NCBI GenBank assembly: GCA_026391215.1
Contig: JAPLDX010000016.1
Coordinates: 1 to 16,852, forward strand
DNA length: 16,852 bases
Reading direction: 5' to 3'
Source of the DNA: Bacteroidia bacterium
GTDB lineage: Bacteria > Bacteroidota > Bacteroidia > Bacteroidales > VadinHA17
The notes under the pieces were generated by a model that ran no database searches, was not told the origin of the DNA, and worked only from the letters and a program-made list of their open reading frames with translations. The position numbers and the translations under genes were made by a program. Numbering within the stretch: the stretch's first letter is position 1; each line of letters begins with the position of its first letter. Below, one piece after another: positions 14,825 through 16,852 of this stretch.

Positions 14825-16852
14825 ATGGGAGAACTATTTGTCCAGGAACCAGCTATTGCACCTGAGAAATCAAAAGATGAACAACTAACAACCGGAGTAC
14901 AGACGGAAGTTGAAGAGAAGGAAATTATAAAGCCGGCAAAGCAGGGAAATAAAAAAGTTGTTTATTCTCACGATGAAGCTGTGCAGGCAAGCATTGAGTA
15001 TTTCAAGGGCGATGAGCTTGCAGCAAGAGTCTGGGCAAATAAATATGCACTGAAGGATTCCTTCGGGAACCTTTATGAAAAAACGCCCGACGACATGCAT
15101 CACCGCCTGGCTCGCGAAATACACAGAATTGAACTGAAATATAAGAATCCTTTGCCTGAAGATCTTATCTACAGCGTTCTTAAGGACTTTAGATATATTA
15201 TACCGCAGGGAAGTCCAATGACAGGAATAGGAAATGAATACCAGATTGCTTCCCTTTCAAATTGCTTTGTCATTGGCAATGACGGTTCATCTGATTCTTA
15301 TGGCGGCATAATGAAGATCGACCAGGAGCAGGTACAGCTGATGAAACGCCGCGGAGGCGTGGGTCACGATCTTTCGCACATCCGGCCCAAGGGTACCCCG
15401 GTGCTAAACAGCGCCCTTACTTCGACAGGGGTGGTTCCATTTATGGAGAGGTACTCTAACTCAACACGTGAAGTTGCACAGGACGGAAGAAGAGGTGCCC
15501 TGATGCTTTCAATATCCATAAAGCATCCGGATTCCGGAAAATTCATAGATGCAAAAATGGAAAGCGGCAAAGTTACAGGCGCTAATGTTTCAGTAAAGAT
15601 CACCGATGAATTCATGAAGGCAGTGGAAGAGAAGAAAATCTTCCGCCAGCAATACCCGATAAACTCAAATAATCCGAAATTCGTAAATGATACTGATGCG
15701 AATGAGCTCTGGACCAAGATAATCCATAATGCATGGAAATCAGCTGAACCCGGTGTACTTTTCTGGGACACCATAATAAGGGAAAGCGTTCCGGACTGTT
15801 ATGCAGATCTTGGCTTTGCAACAGTATCCACAAATCCATGCGGCGAAATACCACTTTGTCCCTATGACAGCTGCAGGCTGCTTGCCATAAATCTTTACAG
15901 CTATGTAAAAAATCCATTTACTCCCGAAGCTGAATTTGATTTTGAGCTGTACAAGGAACACGTAGGCCTGGCTCAGAGGATGATGGATGATATCATTGAC
16001 CTGGAAATGGAGAAGATCGATGCCATACTGGCAAAGATCGATGGAGATCCGGAACCAGACGAATTGAAAATGGTTGAAAGGAACCTCTGGAAGAATATCA
16101 GTAAGAAATCACTGGAAGGAAGAAGGACAGGTATCGGGATCACAGCTGAAGGCGATATGCTGGCAGCACTTGGATTGAGATATGGCACCGGGGAGGCTAC
16201 TGATTTTTCCGTCGGAGTTCATAAGACACTGGCACTTGAAGCCTATAAATCATCAACATACCTGGCAAAGGAAAGAGGTCCATTCACAATTTTTAACGCT
16301 GAACGCGAGAAAAACAATCCTTTCATCCTGAGAATGAAAGAGGCTGACCCTGTGATGTATAACAATATGGTGAAATTCGGCAGGAGAAATATTGCCCTGC
16401 TGACTATTGCACCAACTGGTACTACAAGCCTCATGACACAAACAACATCAGGAATTGAACCCATCTTCTCTATTTTCTACAAACGCAGAAGAAAAGTTAA
16501 TCCGAATGACCTGGATGTTAAGGTAACGTTCAAGGATGAGGTTGGTGATTCATGGGAGGAATTCAATGTGTTCCATCATAAGTTCGTCGATTGGCTCAGG
16601 CTTAACGGATATGATCCTGACGAAGTAACAAGGATGAATGATCAGGAGATAGAATTAATAGTTGCAAAATCACCCTACGCAAAGGCAACTGCCAACGATG
16701 TTGACTGGGTGGCAAAAGTAAAAATGCAGGGAGCAATTCAAAAGTGGGTGGATCATTCAATAAGCGTGACCATCAATCTTCCAGCCGATGCAAAAGAGGA
16801 GATGGTCAGCGAACTATACCTTACAGCATGGAAATCAGGATGCAAGGGAGCA
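14825..16852 (+). CDS. nrdJ: Class II (adenosylcobalamin-dependent) ribonucleotide reductase, 3'-truncated by the window edge
   Basis: Open frame from ATG 14825 to the window end, not in the ORF track. Motifs GDELAARVWANKYALKD, PQGSP, SLSNCFV, RRGGVG, QDGRRGA, STNPCGEIPL, TIAPTGTTS, WVDHSISVTINLP and GCKG. Confidence 0.95.
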   Translation, partial: MGELFVQEPAIAPEKSKDEQLTTGVQTEVEEKEIIKPAKQGNKKVVYSHDEAVQASIEYFKGDELAARVWANKYALKDSFGNLYEKTPDDMHHRLAREIHRIELKYKNPLPEDLIYSVLKDFRYIIPQGSPMTGIGNEYQIASLSNCFVIGNDGSSDSYGGIMKIDQEQVQLMKRRGGVGHDLSHIRPKGTPVLNSALTSTGVVPFMERYSNSTREVAQDGRRGALMLSISIKHPDSGKFIDAKMESGKVTGANVSVKITDEFMKAVEEKKIFRQQYPINSNNPKFVNDTDANELWTKIIHNAWKSAEPGVLFWDTIIRESVPDCYADLGFATVSTNPCGEIPLCPYDSCRLLAINLYSYVKNPFTPEAEFDFELYKEHVGLAQRMMDDIIDLEMEKIDAILAKIDGDPEPDELKMVERNLWKNISKKSLEGRRTGIGITAEGDMLAALGLRYGTGEATDFSVGVHKTLALEAYKSSTYLAKERGPFTIFNAEREKNNPFILRMKEADPVMYNNMVKFGRRNIALLTIAPTGTTSLMTQTTSGIEPIFSIFYKRRRKVNPNDLDVKVTFKDEVGDSWEEFNVFHHKFVDWLRLNGYDPDEVTRMNDQEIELIVAKSPYAKATANDVDWVAKVKMQGAIQKWVDHSISVTINLPADAKEEMVSELYLTAWKSGCKGA

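Noticed and set aside
14885-16464. Several minus-strand ORFs listed in the ORF track
   Set aside because: They are antisense shadows of the continuous nrdJ frame. The same applies to the short ORFs nested in pgk, waaA, the TBDR and other genes.

Overview
A Bacteroidota (Bacteroidales-like) chromosomal segment, judged from TAnnTTTG promoters, lipoproteins and a Bacteroidales-type NrdJ. In order: a 54-bp tandem hairpin array with an inverted diverged copy; pgk; a lipoprotein plus LuxE-family gene; a convergent HK-RR-yraN-peptidase C1 cluster; a GC-rich palindromic insert between divergent promoters; waaA; an Oar-like TonB-dependent receptor (TBDR); a BACON/triple-OB-fold lipoprotein; a convergent DNase I-like (EEP) lipoprotein; and the 5' part of class II ribonucleotide reductase nrdJ, which the ORF track missed. 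Two signals stand out. (1) The TBDR, OB-fold lipoprotein and EEP nuclease next to nrdJ look like a SusD-less extracellular DNA capture and uptake locus. (2) An unannotated, frameshifted 3' tail of a second TBDR (13187-13323, ending WRLQVVLRYIFN*) with its own terminator lies behind the cassette. Together with a shift in Arg codon use, this suggests the resident receptor was replaced in place by a foreign receptor plus lipoprotein module. All calls come from reading the sequence by eye; no searches were run.
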